Shown here: positions 28,127 to 37,640 of the stretch, in pieces
Layout of the letters: each line of letters starts with the position of its first letter
Position numbering within the stretch: the stretch's first letter is position 1
Source of the DNA: a virus
Taxonomy: Duplodnaviria > Caudoviricetes
IMG/VR virus record: IMGVR_UViG_3300009503_000033
Span: 1 to 63,461 of that record
Length of the DNA stretch: 63,461 bases
Direction: 5' to 3' (one strand)
The notes under the pieces: generated by a model
The model's database searches: none
Told to the model about the DNA's origin: nothing
The model's input: the letters and a program-made list of their open reading frames with translations, nothing else
Translations under genes and position numbers: made by a program

Positions 28127-28479
28127 AATACTATCTTAAAGTACCTGAACTGAAGGCACTGTTCTGGCTGGGGAGCAACCTACCAGATGACTACTTGGAG
28201 TACTTAGACGAGATTGATAAGTTCCTAAGTGCTGTAGAGGAGTACCATTATGAACCAGTGGAAGACTGCAAGCTGAAGGACTTTACCGTAGGAATGCTAA
28301 CCAAAGTAATGAACATGGCTACCAGAAGTTACTGCATTATGAACGAGGAAGATAGAGTAAAATTACTGCCCTATGCGCTTAGCCTCTATCAGATTGACTT
28401 TGAGCTGGTAAATGACTCTGAAATGGATTTGGATGTCATGAAGAGAGGAGGATGGAAGGTGTACTACCCATGGAAATAA
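28117..28479 (+). CDS. Hypothetical protein
   Basis: GGAGGTGA RBS. Confidence 0.65.
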   Translation: MGVEYYLKVPELKALFWLGSNLPDDYLEYLDEIDKFLSAVEEYHYEPVEDCKLKDFTVGMLTKVMNMATRSYCIMNEEDRVKLLPYALSLYQIDFELVNDSEMDLDVMKRGGWKVYYPWK

Positions 28480-28504
28480 CCTGTAGAGACATAGAGGAGA
28501 TGTT

Positions 28505-28726
28505 ATGGAAGTAACTACAGTCGATGATTTGATAGAGCGACTAAAGAGAAGGGAAATAGTAGACTTAGTCATAAACCTGACCAGTGTGGATGTAGAGATT
28601 CGTAGAGATAGATGGAATGTATACTTTACCATTAGGCAAGGAAACAAGGAGGTTAAGTTAATGGCTAGTGCTGATAGTTATTACACGGACAATGACTGGA
28701 TATGGTTTGCTACCTATCAAAGGTGA
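28505..28726 (+). CDS. Hypothetical protein
   Basis: GAGGAG RBS. Confidence 0.6.
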   Translation: MEVTTVDDLIERLKRREIVDLVINLTSVDVEIRRDRWNVYFTIRQGNKEVKLMASADSYYTDNDWIWFATYQR

Positions 28727-28730
28727 TGTA

Positions 28731-29141
28731 GTGGCAATAGAAGTGTATATAGATGGCTCCTGTACACCCAATCCAGATGGCATAGCTACTTGGGCATCAA
28801 TAGTGAGAAGAGGAGAGAAAGAACTATGGAGGGCAAATGGCATAGCTGGTAAGGGCAAGGGTATGACTAACAATGTTGCTGAGTATGTAGCCCTAATACA
28901 TACATTAGACTGGCTAAGTTCCAATGGCTATAGGGACAGTGAGATACTCATCAAGAGTGACTCAGAAATGCTTGTGGAACAGATGAATGGCACAAGGAAG
29001 GCTCGTAAGGGATTATACTATCCATATTATATACAAGCTAAGGATAAGGTACAGAATTTCGATTACATAAAATTCATCCATATAGACCGTGAAGACAATA
29101 GGGATGCTGATAAGTTAGCTGAAAGAGCTATAAGGAGGTAA
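28731..29141 (+). CDS. rnhA: Ribonuclease HI
   Basis: YIDGS, TNNVAEY, SDS..V.QM.G, REDN..ADKLA. Confidence 0.9.
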   Translation: MAIEVYIDGSCTPNPDGIATWASIVRRGEKELWRANGIAGKGKGMTNNVAEYVALIHTLDWLSSNGYRDSEILIKSDSEMLVEQMNGTRKARKGLYYPYYIQAKDKVQNFDYIKFIHIDREDNRDADKLAERAIRR

Positions 29142-29143
29142 AG

Positions 29144-29977
29144 ATGACAGTTTCTGCTGTAATATATATTACTTACAGATGTAATTACTTCTGTCCCTAC
29201 TGTCATAGCTATAATAAGGATGACCCAGTGGGCTATAGAGAGTCTATGGAGAAGGAAATAGAGGCTAAGTACTGGATAGACTTTGTGAATAGATTCAGGA
29301 ATGAAAAGGCAATATGGGACCTAACTGGAGGAGAGCCTACTTTATATAAAGGCATACTGGAGTTACTGAATGCTGTTCCAGAAAGGCATAAAGTAGCAAT
29401 TACTACCAACCTTAGCCTACCATTGAAGGACTTAGTTCCAATACTATCTCATAGGAGAATATTCCACATTACATGCTCATGGCATCCATCACAGACTAAT
29501 GATGTGTCCTCCTTTATAGGCAAGATACACTCTATTAGAACCCTTGGTAAGGGCATATCAGTCAATTATGTGGCTTATAGGGACGATACCACAGACCAAA
29601 TCTCTAACATACCCACTTACAAGCAACTGTTTGAACAGAATGGCATACCATTCCATGTAGACCCATATCAAGGTAGTAGGTTCATATGGACTAAGGAGTA
29701 TATAGATAAAGTTAGAGGATATGTAACAGATAGGAACCTAGGAGAAGCTAGAGTAATACCATCAATGAAGCCTTGTAAGGCAGGATGGAAGTACTTTGTA
29801 GCTACTCCATCAGGCAACATTTGGAGGTGTACCTACTTTATGTTCAATGACCTGAAGGAGGGATACTTAGGCAATATTAAGGAAGGAACATTCAACCCTC
29901 TGCCCAAGCCCACAGATTGCCCAAGGGACATATGTTCAGCTGGGTGTGATATTGACGGTATCAGGAAGGTAGGTTAG
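29144..29977 (+). CDS. Second radical SAM enzyme (Twitch/SPASM-like C-terminus)
   Basis: CNYFCPYC, TGGEPT, TTNLS, C.AG...G..WRC. Confidence 0.88.
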   Translation: MTVSAVIYITYRCNYFCPYCHSYNKDDPVGYRESMEKEIEAKYWIDFVNRFRNEKAIWDLTGGEPTLYKGILELLNAVPERHKVAITTNLSLPLKDLVPILSHRRIFHITCSWHPSQTNDVSSFIGKIHSIRTLGKGISVNYVAYRDDTTDQISNIPTYKQLFEQNGIPFHVDPYQGSRFIWTKEYIDKVRGYVTDRNLGEARVIPSMKPCKAGWKYFVATPSGNIWRCTYFMFNDLKEGYLGNIKEGTFNPLPKPTDCPRDICSAGCDIDGIRKVG

Positions 29978-30633
29978 GCTACCTTCTTACATAACACTAA
30001 GAATATGTTACCACCATACTCTCTGGTATATACCAGCTTGGATTCTACTACTTTCAATTGGGGTATATTGACGAATGCTAGGGCATCATCTATGGTGAAT
30101 TCCCTTAAGTGTTCATAACACCTATCCTTAGATAGTTCTGGATAATCGTAATCATATGGTTTAGGCTTAATGGGAGTAGGCTTACCAGTAGGGAATGAAA
30201 AGAGTATATATCCATTGGGCTTAATGCTTTTGACTATCTTATCTCTAACCTTATAGAGGTTACAGGGAAGGTGCTCCAGAACCTCTGTCATAATAACTAA
30301 GTCCCATTCCTCTATACCATATTCATCAGTACAGATGTTTGACCTGTAGTGATAAAGTCTGTCATCAACCTTCCAATCTATGGCTTCTAAAGAGGTACAT
30401 ACTACAGTACATTTAAAGTCATTATATAAAGATAGACTGTAATATGGAACTAAAGAGCCACAATCCAATACTTTGGAAGTAGCATTTAGATTGACATGCT
30501 TCCTAATCATATTCCTACCTTCAACAAATCTGGGTAGGTGACCCAAATAGTATCTTTCACTGGTAAAATAGCTAGGAGTGAGCTTCTTTACGAAGGCTAT
30601 GACATCTTCATCCACCTTATCCATAGGTACCAA
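29974..30633 (-). CDS. Class I SAM-dependent methyltransferase
   Basis: VLDCGS, DLVIMTEVLEHL, IKPNG, HLREFT. Confidence 0.85.
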   Translation of the reverse strand: MVPMDKVDEDVIAFVKKLTPSYFTSERYYLGHLPRFVEGRNMIRKHVNLNATSKVLDCGSLVPYYSLSLYNDFKCTVVCTSLEAIDWKVDDRLYHYRSNICTDEYGIEEWDLVIMTEVLEHLPCNLYKVRDKIVKSIKPNGYILFSFPTGKPTPIKPKPYDYDYPELSKDRCYEHLREFTIDDALAFVNIPQLKVVESKLVYTREYGGNIFLVLCKKVA

Positions 30634-30662
30634 AAGATATAATAACCCTGTAATTTAAAATT

Positions 30663-31109
30663 GTGATGGTTGGAATGATTAGGCAATCCATTAGGACACT
30701 GGTAGATGTCTTGCTTACCTTCTTTATATACTGGGTATTTGGTACAGGTGTACATGAAATGAGCCATGCTCTTACAGCCCAACTCTTGGGTTGGAATGCT
30801 ACTGTGGTATTTAAGAACCCATTGGAAGGATATACGGCAATATTGAACTGGACTATGATACCACCGATGGAGAGGGTAGCCATAGCAGTAGCTGGGGGCT
30901 TGGTTACAGCAATTCTATTTGTAGTTCTATCATACTTTGTAGAGGATTGGGAGTGTGACTTAGTGCTCTGGTTCCTAGCTCCCTTGCATGGTAGTTATGC
31001 CATATTTGAAGTAGCCTATGTACTGGGTTTATTGCCCGCTTGGATATTGGCTACGGTACCAGCAATTCCTGCTTTGATGTTATTTGTCTGGAAGATGAAC
31101 TCCAGATGA
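30663..31109 (+). CDS. Membrane zinc metalloprotease (M50-like)
   Basis: HEMSH in a transmembrane context, AVAGG motif, several TM segments. Confidence 0.7.
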   Translation: MMVGMIRQSIRTLVDVLLTFFIYWVFGTGVHEMSHALTAQLLGWNATVVFKNPLEGYTAILNWTMIPPMERVAIAVAGGLVTAILFVVLSYFVEDWECDLVLWFLAPLHGSYAIFEVAYVLGLLPAWILATVPAIPALMLFVWKMNSR

Positions 31110-31114
31110 GGAGG

Positions 31115-31130
31115 AAAAGCTTTAAATAAG
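31115..31130 (+). promoter_or_regulatory. BRE-TATA promoter AAAAGCTTTAAATAAG
   Basis: Archaeal consensus about 30 nt upstream of ORF 31157. Confidence 0.6.
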
Positions 31131-31156
31131 TAAGGTTCATACAGTAGGTTGATAGT

Positions 31157-31423
31157 ATGCTGGAAGTAATTACTGGTATAGGCATGGGCTTAGTTTCTGG
31201 AGTCATAACTGCTGCTTTAGGCTATGCCAAGAGTGCTGGTGAGAACTTCAGCTATCAAAAGCTTCTACAGACGGTAATTATTGGTGGATTCATAGGTGGA
31301 GTAGCTGGAGCTATGGGTATATCCTACACTCAAGCAGAGCAGTGGTTAGGGACAATAGGAGCTATAACCCTAGTTGAGCATATAATGAAGGGTATATTGA
31401 GGAGACTCCATATCATAGAGTAA
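31157..31423 (+). CDS. Small membrane protein (holin-like)
   Basis: Two to three Gly-rich TM helices. Confidence 0.55.
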   Translation: MLEVITGIGMGLVSGVITAALGYAKSAGENFSYQKLLQTVIIGGFIGGVAGAMGISYTQAEQWLGTIGAITLVEHIMKGILRRLHIIE

Positions 31424-31441
31424 TTAACAGAGGCATAATGT

Positions 31442-32416
31442 ATGCCAATAAGGTTCCCGATAGTGGATGAGTATCTCAATAAACCTGATGCTAAGCTTTC
31501 TAACTTGCAGTCATATGTAGGCAGTAAGCTGATTGAGGAATGGGTACTTAGGCTTACTAAGCTTGGTAACTACCATAGGAATGGTAGCGTTCACATACAC
31601 GGTCTGTCCTATCCCTATACACCCTATGAGCTGGTTGTGAGCCTTGATGAGTATCAACCCACTGATGAATGGGCTAATGAGGTATGGATACTCAGTAAGC
31701 CATATGGATTCTGTCTGAGTAAGGAGAGCAGTATCCATTTATATAATGCCAATGACCTCAACAGCTCTATTGGTTATATATTTAAGGATGAGCTGGATAG
31801 GAACTTACCTGTAAGGGCTTACTGGAACCTGCCTCAATACTCAGTAATGGATAGAATAACTATAAACTTAGCCAGAATAGGTATGGTTTCTATCAATCCT
31901 GATGATGTATTTGATAACCTATCCTTCAAGCTGGAACTATGTCAGGATTATGCTCTACATAAGAAGGAAATGATTGGTAAAGCTATAGATAAGAAATTAC
32001 TTCATTCTGTTCAGGATGTCAATACTTTAATGATGTCCATTAACCTAACAGGTATGAATATTTTATGTCAATACTTGTTTCAAGAGGGAATTTTAAGTAA
32101 CATAAAATACATCCAGAAGGTTCTGAAGCATATAGTTAGGGAATGTAAGAAGTATGAATCAGAGGGCATTAAATGGGTATTGGAATCGATACCAGATGCT
32201 AAGGTGGATGCTAGGCTCAATGAGCTATCCATCAGGCTTTATGGTAAGTACTTCACTTCTACACCCTATAGTATGGAGGAAAAGATAGCCATAGCCAAGT
32301 CACTCTATCCTATATATACAGGCAGAGTCATTCATTATATTGACAAGGAGAGATTCAATTTGGATGTGCTACGTGAGTTACCTGGCATTATTCACATAGT
32401 CAGTAAAGGTGATTGA
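31442..32416 (+). CDS. Truncated, degenerate class III ribonucleotide reductase (NrdD)-like protein
   Basis: H..G..HIH.L, ITINLARIG, ESIP and YTG..IH resemble NrdD blocks; only 324 aa; no glycyl-radical tail. Confidence 0.5.
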   Translation: MPIRFPIVDEYLNKPDAKLSNLQSYVGSKLIEEWVLRLTKLGNYHRNGSVHIHGLSYPYTPYELVVSLDEYQPTDEWANEVWILSKPYGFCLSKESSIHLYNANDLNSSIGYIFKDELDRNLPVRAYWNLPQYSVMDRITINLARIGMVSINPDDVFDNLSFKLELCQDYALHKKEMIGKAIDKKLLHSVQDVNTLMMSINLTGMNILCQYLFQEGILSNIKYIQKVLKHIVRECKKYESEGIKWVLESIPDAKVDARLNELSIRLYGKYFTSTPYSMEEKIAIAKSLYPIYTGRVIHYIDKERFNLDVLRELPGIIHIVSKGD

Positions 32417-32609
32417 TATGGAACAAATAGAGAAAGTAAGCATAATAAGATTGGGTAGACCTGACTCTATGGTAGTAGTGATACCCAAGAAGTTCGCTGA
32501 GCAGCTTGGTGTACAGCCTAAGACCAAAATCAATGTGAAACTGGAGGAAGTAGAGTCAGGTGGTAAGAAGGTAAAGAGACTGGTCTATTACCCAGACCAA
32601 GAAGGATAA
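32409..32609 (+). CDS. AbrB/MazE-type DNA-binding protein
   Basis: SMVVVIPKKFAEQLGV pattern. Confidence 0.75.
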   Translation: MIDMEQIEKVSIIRLGRPDSMVVVIPKKFAEQLGVQPKTKINVKLEEVESGGKKVKRLVYYPDQEG

Positions 32610-32630
32610 GGGCATAGGAGGTGATAACAG

Positions 32631-33566
32631 ATGGAATTTAGAAATACAACCAGAGAAGAGGTTAGAAGTTTCCTCACTGGTAAGGTCTATGTCAGTACCC
32701 ATGCTGAAGATGCTGATGGAATATGTTCAGCTCTGTTGTTGGAAAGAGCTGGAGTGCCAGTAGAAGAACTGTATTTTGCTCAAGAGTTTGGTAGTTATAC
32801 CCCATCAACTAACCTGATGCTGGACATGGTACCTATGGATGAGTATCAAGGCTATGTAATAGACCACCATGCTATAGTACCCAATGTCAAGGCAGCCTAT
32901 AATGCTTCTTGTACATCCTTAATGGTTCTGGAACTACTGAAGGACAAAATAGACCCTAAGGACTACTGGCTGGCTGTAGCTGGAGCTGTAGGAGATGGTC
33001 AGGAGCTATCCATACCGACCTACATCTGGAAGCACAAACCCACTAGGGAAATTATGTTACTTAAAATCAGTAGGACTGTAGGCAGTGGTAGGGAGTACCA
33101 GACTGCTGTTTGGCAGGAGCTGCCATGGTGTATCAATGCTATGGCTAAGACCAACAGAGCCAATCAAATATATAATATACTTAAGAATGCTACATCACCT
33201 CTGGACGTAGTACTTGATGACGTGGTTAATGATGCCAGAGAGACCCTTAGGAGGGAGGAAGAGGCAGTGAGAAAGGACTATCCTTGTATAGACCTTAGGG
33301 AAGTGACCATCCTACCTTACTCATCCTCCTTGAAGGTAGGAGGTAGGATAGCTAGCAGTATTATGAATGACCGTAGAAGGACTGCTCTGGTAGTCAATAT
33401 CAATGACAAGAAGTTCTCCCTAAGAGGGCTTCTGGCTAACTACATCAGTGAACTGCTTGCTGAACGTGGTATGGCTACAGAAGGTGGACACTCTGGCTAC
33501 AGAGCAGGGACTTTAACCTGTACCATAGAAGAGCTGGTAAGAACCCTCAGAGAAGAAGGCTTATAA
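32631..33566 (+). CDS. DHH family phosphoesterase (RecJ/GAN-like)
   Basis: H..DADG, LD, IDHH, GD, SLRG and GGH motifs. Confidence 0.85.
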   Translation: MEFRNTTREEVRSFLTGKVYVSTHAEDADGICSALLLERAGVPVEELYFAQEFGSYTPSTNLMLDMVPMDEYQGYVIDHHAIVPNVKAAYNASCTSLMVLELLKDKIDPKDYWLAVAGAVGDGQELSIPTYIWKHKPTREIMLLKISRTVGSGREYQTAVWQELPWCINAMAKTNRANQIYNILKNATSPLDVVLDDVVNDARETLRREEEAVRKDYPCIDLREVTILPYSSSLKVGGRIASSIMNDRRRTALVVNINDKKFSLRGLLANYISELLAERGMATEGGHSGYRAGTLTCTIEELVRTLREEGL

Positions 33567-33594
33567 GGAAGGATGAGTCTATAGGTGATATGCT

Positions 33595-33810
33595 ATGGAA
33601 ATTACTGAAGTATATGAAGCCTCTATGAAGAGGCTGGTATATCAGATAGAAGATGTGCCTTCTAAAATACTGGTAGTGGCACCCGTTAGCCTTGAAGTCC
33701 AAGTAGTGTCTGATAGTGCTATTGCCATTAAGACCAAGGTGGTAGAAGGCATGGAAGATAAGTTGGAGGAGGTAGATAAGTATGAGTCAGGAAAGTGTAC
33801 AACCTGTTGA
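33595..33810 (+). CDS. Hypothetical protein
   Basis: GGTGA RBS. Confidence 0.6.
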   Translation: MEITEVYEASMKRLVYQIEDVPSKILVVAPVSLEVQVVSDSAIAIKTKVVEGMEDKLEEVDKYESGKCTTC

Positions 33811-33994
33811 GATAAAGAAGACAAGTAAGAGGACATGGGAAGTAAGCACCATAGATGGAGTGTACGACGTATACTTTGCTGGAGGAGTACTGAGATGTAC
33901 ATGCCCAGCATACAATAGGATGGTAAAGAAGTATCCAGACTATGCCTGTAGGCACATAGTGGCTGTAATGAGAAGGGAGGATATGGAAATATGA
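33782..33994 (+). CDS. SWIM zinc finger protein
   Basis: CTCP...CRHIVAV. Confidence 0.8.
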   Translation: MSQESVQPVEIKKTSKRTWEVSTIDGVYDVYFAGGVLRCTCPAYNRMVKKYPDYACRHIVAVMRREDMEI

Positions 33995-36015
33995 CCAATG
34001 ACAACCTTGAAGCTGTAAGAGGGATAGGACAGGAAACAGCAGCTAAATTGATGGCTAAGGGAATCACCACCATAGCTCAACTATCTAATATGAGACCAGA
34101 GGAACTAAAAGCTGAACTTGGCATTACTTTAGCCAAAGCTAAGGCTATAGTTCAGGATGCTAGGTCGATAGTGCTAAAGACAGAGGTGGAATGTAAGCTT
34201 GCCGATGAGCTGGACAAGGAAATGAAGGAAAGAATTAAGATAATTTCTACTGGGGCTAAGGGACTGGATGGCATTTTGGGAGGAGGCATAAGAACTGACT
34301 GTCTGACTGGCATTGCTGGTGAATACTGTCATAGCGAAGATACTATGGTCTTCACAGAAGAAGGATTCAAATCCTTTGAAGAAGTAAAAGTAGGAGATAA
34401 AGTTTTGGGCATTGATAAAAACCATAATATAGTCCAAACAGAAGTGATTGGTAAGTATGAATTTCCATATAGTGGAAAGTTGATTCACTTTCATAGCAGA
34501 AGGTACGATTTCTTAGTTACACCAATGCATAGAATGATATTTAAAGCCCAGGGAGAGAACGAATACAAGTATATCAATGCCTATAAGTTGCTTCATCAAG
34601 TAGGTTACTTCTTGACTTCTTTTAATTACGAAGGCAATTTAATTGAATATTTTGACATCCATCCTTATATTAAAATTAACAGGGAACCAGAACATCCAAA
34701 GAAGGCTCATCCTAAGCCTAATCTGAAGCCACTGCCAGCAAATTTGTTTATGGAATTTATGGGCTGGTACATCTCAGAAGGGTGTATATTTCATACAAAA
34801 CGAGGGGACTACATAAGCATTAGGCAAACAAGGCATTCAAATGAGCTTGAATCATTGCTAAAGAATCTGGAGCTAGATTTCAAGGTCTATGAAGGCTCAA
34901 AATATGTTATTTTCCATAGGGATTTAGCAGAATACTGTAAGAGATGTGGGCAAGGAGCTAAAAACAAGACAATTCCCAAGGAGCTGTTAAGATTATCAAG
35001 GGAGCAATTGTATCATCTATTTAAAGGGTTAATGCTTGGAGATGGTAGTTCTAGAGGCTATAGCTACTTTACTTCCTCTAAGCAATTAGCTCATGACTTC
35101 CTGCTTCTTTTGCTCAAGCTTGGATTCAATGGCAGTATTGTTGAAAGGGAAATTAAGGAAGGAGGGCTTGTTAAGGGCAAGAGAATTAGAGCGACAGATA
35201 AGGGGTACTGCATCAATATCTCCTATGAACCCAGAGGCTATTTCTCTCCTTGGGAGGATGAAGTTGAAGAAGTTGATTATCAAGGCAAAGTCTGGTGCTT
35301 TGAAACTACCACAGGCAACTTCTTTGCTTATAGGAATGGCAAGGTTGGCATTTCAGGTAATTCAGTAGGTAAGACGCAGCTATGCTTCCAGCTACTGGTG
35401 AATAATGTCATGCAGCACAATAGAAAGGGGGTATATATTGAGACAGAGCCAGGGACTTGGTATGGTGACAGGGTTAGGGAAATAGCAACTGCTGCTGGGT
35501 ATAAGGATGACATTCTGAAGCACATGTACGTCATTCCTGCTAAGTCAATACCAGATGCCTATGCTCAATACAATGCCTACCTCAGGGTAGAACAGTTATG
35601 TGAAGAGGGAGCAGACATAGGATTAACAATTATAGACAGCTTCAATGCTAAGTTCAGAAGTACGTTCACTGGTAGAGAACAGCTACCAGCACGTTCCTCA
35701 GAGTATGGTAGGCATATAGGATTGCTACAGAAGCTAGCTTCCAAATACAATATGGCTGTAGTAATGACTGTACAGGTAATGGGAGTACCAGATACTTCAG
35801 CACAGCATATTGCTATAGCCAAGACAGGAATGTACAAAGCACCTGTAGTACCAGACTTCGTCCTACACAGCTTGACATGGCTGGGCATTACACCAGTGGG
35901 TAAGAACTCATGGAAAATAACCTTGTTTGACAGCTCCTTCCTACCAAGGAATGAAGCTATCTTTACTGTAGATAAAGGTGGCATCAAGGACTATGTAGGT
36001 AAGCTCAAAGAGTGA
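33991..36015 (+). CDS. radA: RadA-family recombinase with an intein (about 329 aa spliced)
   Basis: N-terminal HhH, ISTG..GLDGILGGGI, GEY|SVGKTQL, YIETE, IIDS. Confidence 0.9.
   Translation: MTNDNLEAVRGIGQETAAKLMAKGITTIAQLSNMRPEELKAELGITLAKAKAIVQDARSIVLKTEVECKLADELDKEMKERIKIISTGAKGLDGILGGGIRTDCLTGIAGEYCHSEDTMVFTEEGFKSFEEVKVGDKVLGIDKNHNIVQTEVIGKYEFPYSGKLIHFHSRRYDFLVTPMHRMIFKAQGENEYKYINAYKLLHQVGYFLTSFNYEGNLIEYFDIHPYIKINREPEHPKKAHPKPNLKPLPANLFMEFMGWYISEGCIFHTKRGDYISIRQTRHSNELESLLKNLELDFKVYEGSKYVIFHRDLAEYCKRCGQGAKNKTIPKELLRLSREQLYHLFKGLMLGDGSSRGYSYFTSSKQLAHDFLLLLLKLGFNGSIVEREIKEGGLVKGKRIRATDKGYCINISYEPRGYFSPWEDEVEEVDYQGKVWCFETTTGNFFAYRNGKVGISGNSVGKTQLCFQLLVNNVMQHNRKGVYIETEPGTWYGDRVREIATAAGYKDDILKHMYVIPAKSIPDAYAQYNAYLRVEQLCEEGADIGLTIIDSFNAKFRSTFTGREQLPARSSEYGRHIGLLQKLASKYNMAVVMTVQVMGVPDTSAQHIAIAKTGMYKAPVVPDFVLHSLTWLGITPVGKNSWKITLFDSSFLPRNEAIFTVDKGGIKDYVGKLKE
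34327..35361 (+). mobile_element. Intein with LAGLIDADG endonuclease (345 aa) in the RadA P-loop
   Basis: CHSEDT start, GN|S end, GWYISEG and GLMLGDG motifs. Confidence 0.92.
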
Positions 36016-36019
36016 TGGA

Positions 36020-36679
36020 ATGACACTATTGCTGGATGTCCATGAACCAGATGAGATAGAGAAATACCTGTTAGGATACCATATTCCAGTGGAAAGGAAG
36101 CATTTGGAAGTAGGAGATGTAGTGATAGGTACACAGGTAATAGAAAGGAAGGAGATACATGGGTTCTTTATTGATAAACACAATGGCAGACTGGGTATCC
36201 AGATTAGCAATATGTTAGCATCATACAAGAGACCCATACTGATTGTAGAGGGTAAGTTACCATCATATGAGTTCAATCCTAGAGAGAGGATGGAGTTATA
36301 TACTTACGTAGCCCTGTCAAAGAACATACAGGTAATCTTTACTGAGGACATAAGGGATACCTGTAGGTGTTTACTGGCAATATATAATGCTGAAAATAAC
36401 CATGCTCCATATGTGGCTCCTAGGCTATTCAGTAAACATGAAACAGACCCATACAATATCAAGGTCCAAATGCTCAGGTGTATCAAAGGCATAGGGGAGA
36501 AGAAAGCCAAGCTCATTCTTGACAATTTTAAATTACATGAATTGTTTAGTGCTAATGAGGAGGACTTGGTTAAGCTGGTAAAGAATAAGGAAGCTGTAAG
36601 GCTTCTGAAGCAGGTATTCAGTAAGGATGACTTAAAGGTAGCATGTGTAACTGCTACAGATAAAGCAGAAAGGAGGTGA
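36020..36679 (+). CDS. XPF/ERCC4 nuclease (short form with HhH)
   Basis: DVHE, L.VGD, IERK, LIVEG, IKGIGEKKA. Confidence 0.88.
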   Translation: MTLLLDVHEPDEIEKYLLGYHIPVERKHLEVGDVVIGTQVIERKEIHGFFIDKHNGRLGIQISNMLASYKRPILIVEGKLPSYEFNPRERMELYTYVALSKNIQVIFTEDIRDTCRCLLAIYNAENNHAPYVAPRLFSKHETDPYNIKVQMLRCIKGIGEKKAKLILDNFKLHELFSANEEDLVKLVKNKEAVRLLKQVFSKDDLKVACVTATDKAERR

Positions 36680-36683
36680 GAAT

Positions 36684-37640
36684 ATGAAGGAAGTGACAAG
36701 TAAGGAACAGGCATTGGCTTCCCTTCAGGAACTTGTCAAGGACAAGGACTTGGGCATCGACGTAGCTAAGGTATTTGAAGAGGCTATGACTACCAGAGGA
36801 TTGCTTGGAGCATATGCCTATACAGTAGCCAAAATAAAGAAGATGGTTACTGCTATGAAAGGTACCACTAAGTACCATGGTATCATACTGGGAACTACAG
36901 GCATAGTGGACAGGATAGAGGAAATGAAGAGGATAGCTAGGATGATATGGGAGAAGGACCCAGAAAGGGCTGTATCAGAGAACTATACTGATGCCAATGG
37001 AGTACCACTGGATAGGAGAGCTAAAATAGGTGGCAATCCTAACCCCAATTACTTAGCACCATTGCCAGACAAGCAGTCCCTATTCCTGATGTATGTAGCC
37101 AGAGCCAAGGAAGTGGATGGCAATGTTTGGTCCACATATATACTGGAAGGGTATGGTTCAGTAAAGTCCCTTGTGATGCCCATAGGAATAGAGCACCCTG
37201 TGGAGTTCAGAGCTACAGTAGCCAAAAGGAACAGATTTAACCTACCTACACTGAGGATAGATGCTGAAAGCCTTGGTTACAAGGAAATACCTGTCTTTAA
37301 GGAGATAGGTAAGACACTGCCTCAGGGAGCACCATTCGACATTGCTGAAGCACTGGAAGGCATAGTTACCACACCCCTATCAGAGCTGGAAAATTATGTA
37401 ACTCAAAATAGGGGTAGCCTACTGATTACTCAAGGCATAGCCATGAACCCAGTGGAAGAGAGCTACTTTGACCTTATAGATGACGATGTGGATACTCCAG
37501 TAAGGGTATTCTTTAGAGAGCCACAGTTTATGCTGCCTCTGCCACAGGAAGGAGACATGGTTCTGACCGTGGGTAGACCAAGCAGAAGGAAGGGTAGGGA
37601 AGGCTTCAACATCAATGCCTGGGGATGGATAATGCTATGA
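36684..37640 (+). CDS. Putative ssDNA-binding (OB-fold) replication protein
   Basis: Position before PolB; C-terminal OB-like pattern (LIDDD..VRV..EGD.VLTVG). Confidence 0.45.
   Translation: MKEVTSKEQALASLQELVKDKDLGIDVAKVFEEAMTTRGLLGAYAYTVAKIKKMVTAMKGTTKYHGIILGTTGIVDRIEEMKRIARMIWEKDPERAVSENYTDANGVPLDRRAKIGGNPNPNYLAPLPDKQSLFLMYVARAKEVDGNVWSTYILEGYGSVKSLVMPIGIEHPVEFRATVAKRNRFNLPTLRIDAESLGYKEIPVFKEIGKTLPQGAPFDIAEALEGIVTTPLSELENYVTQNRGSLLITQGIAMNPVEESYFDLIDDDVDTPVRVFFREPQFMLPLPQEGDMVLTVGRPSRRKGREGFNINAWGWIML

Noticed and set aside
29144-32416. Functional NrdD/NrdG anaerobic RNR pair
   Set aside because: The NrdD-like protein lacks a glycyl-radical motif, and the radical SAM enzyme has a Twitch/SPASM-like tail unlike NrdG.
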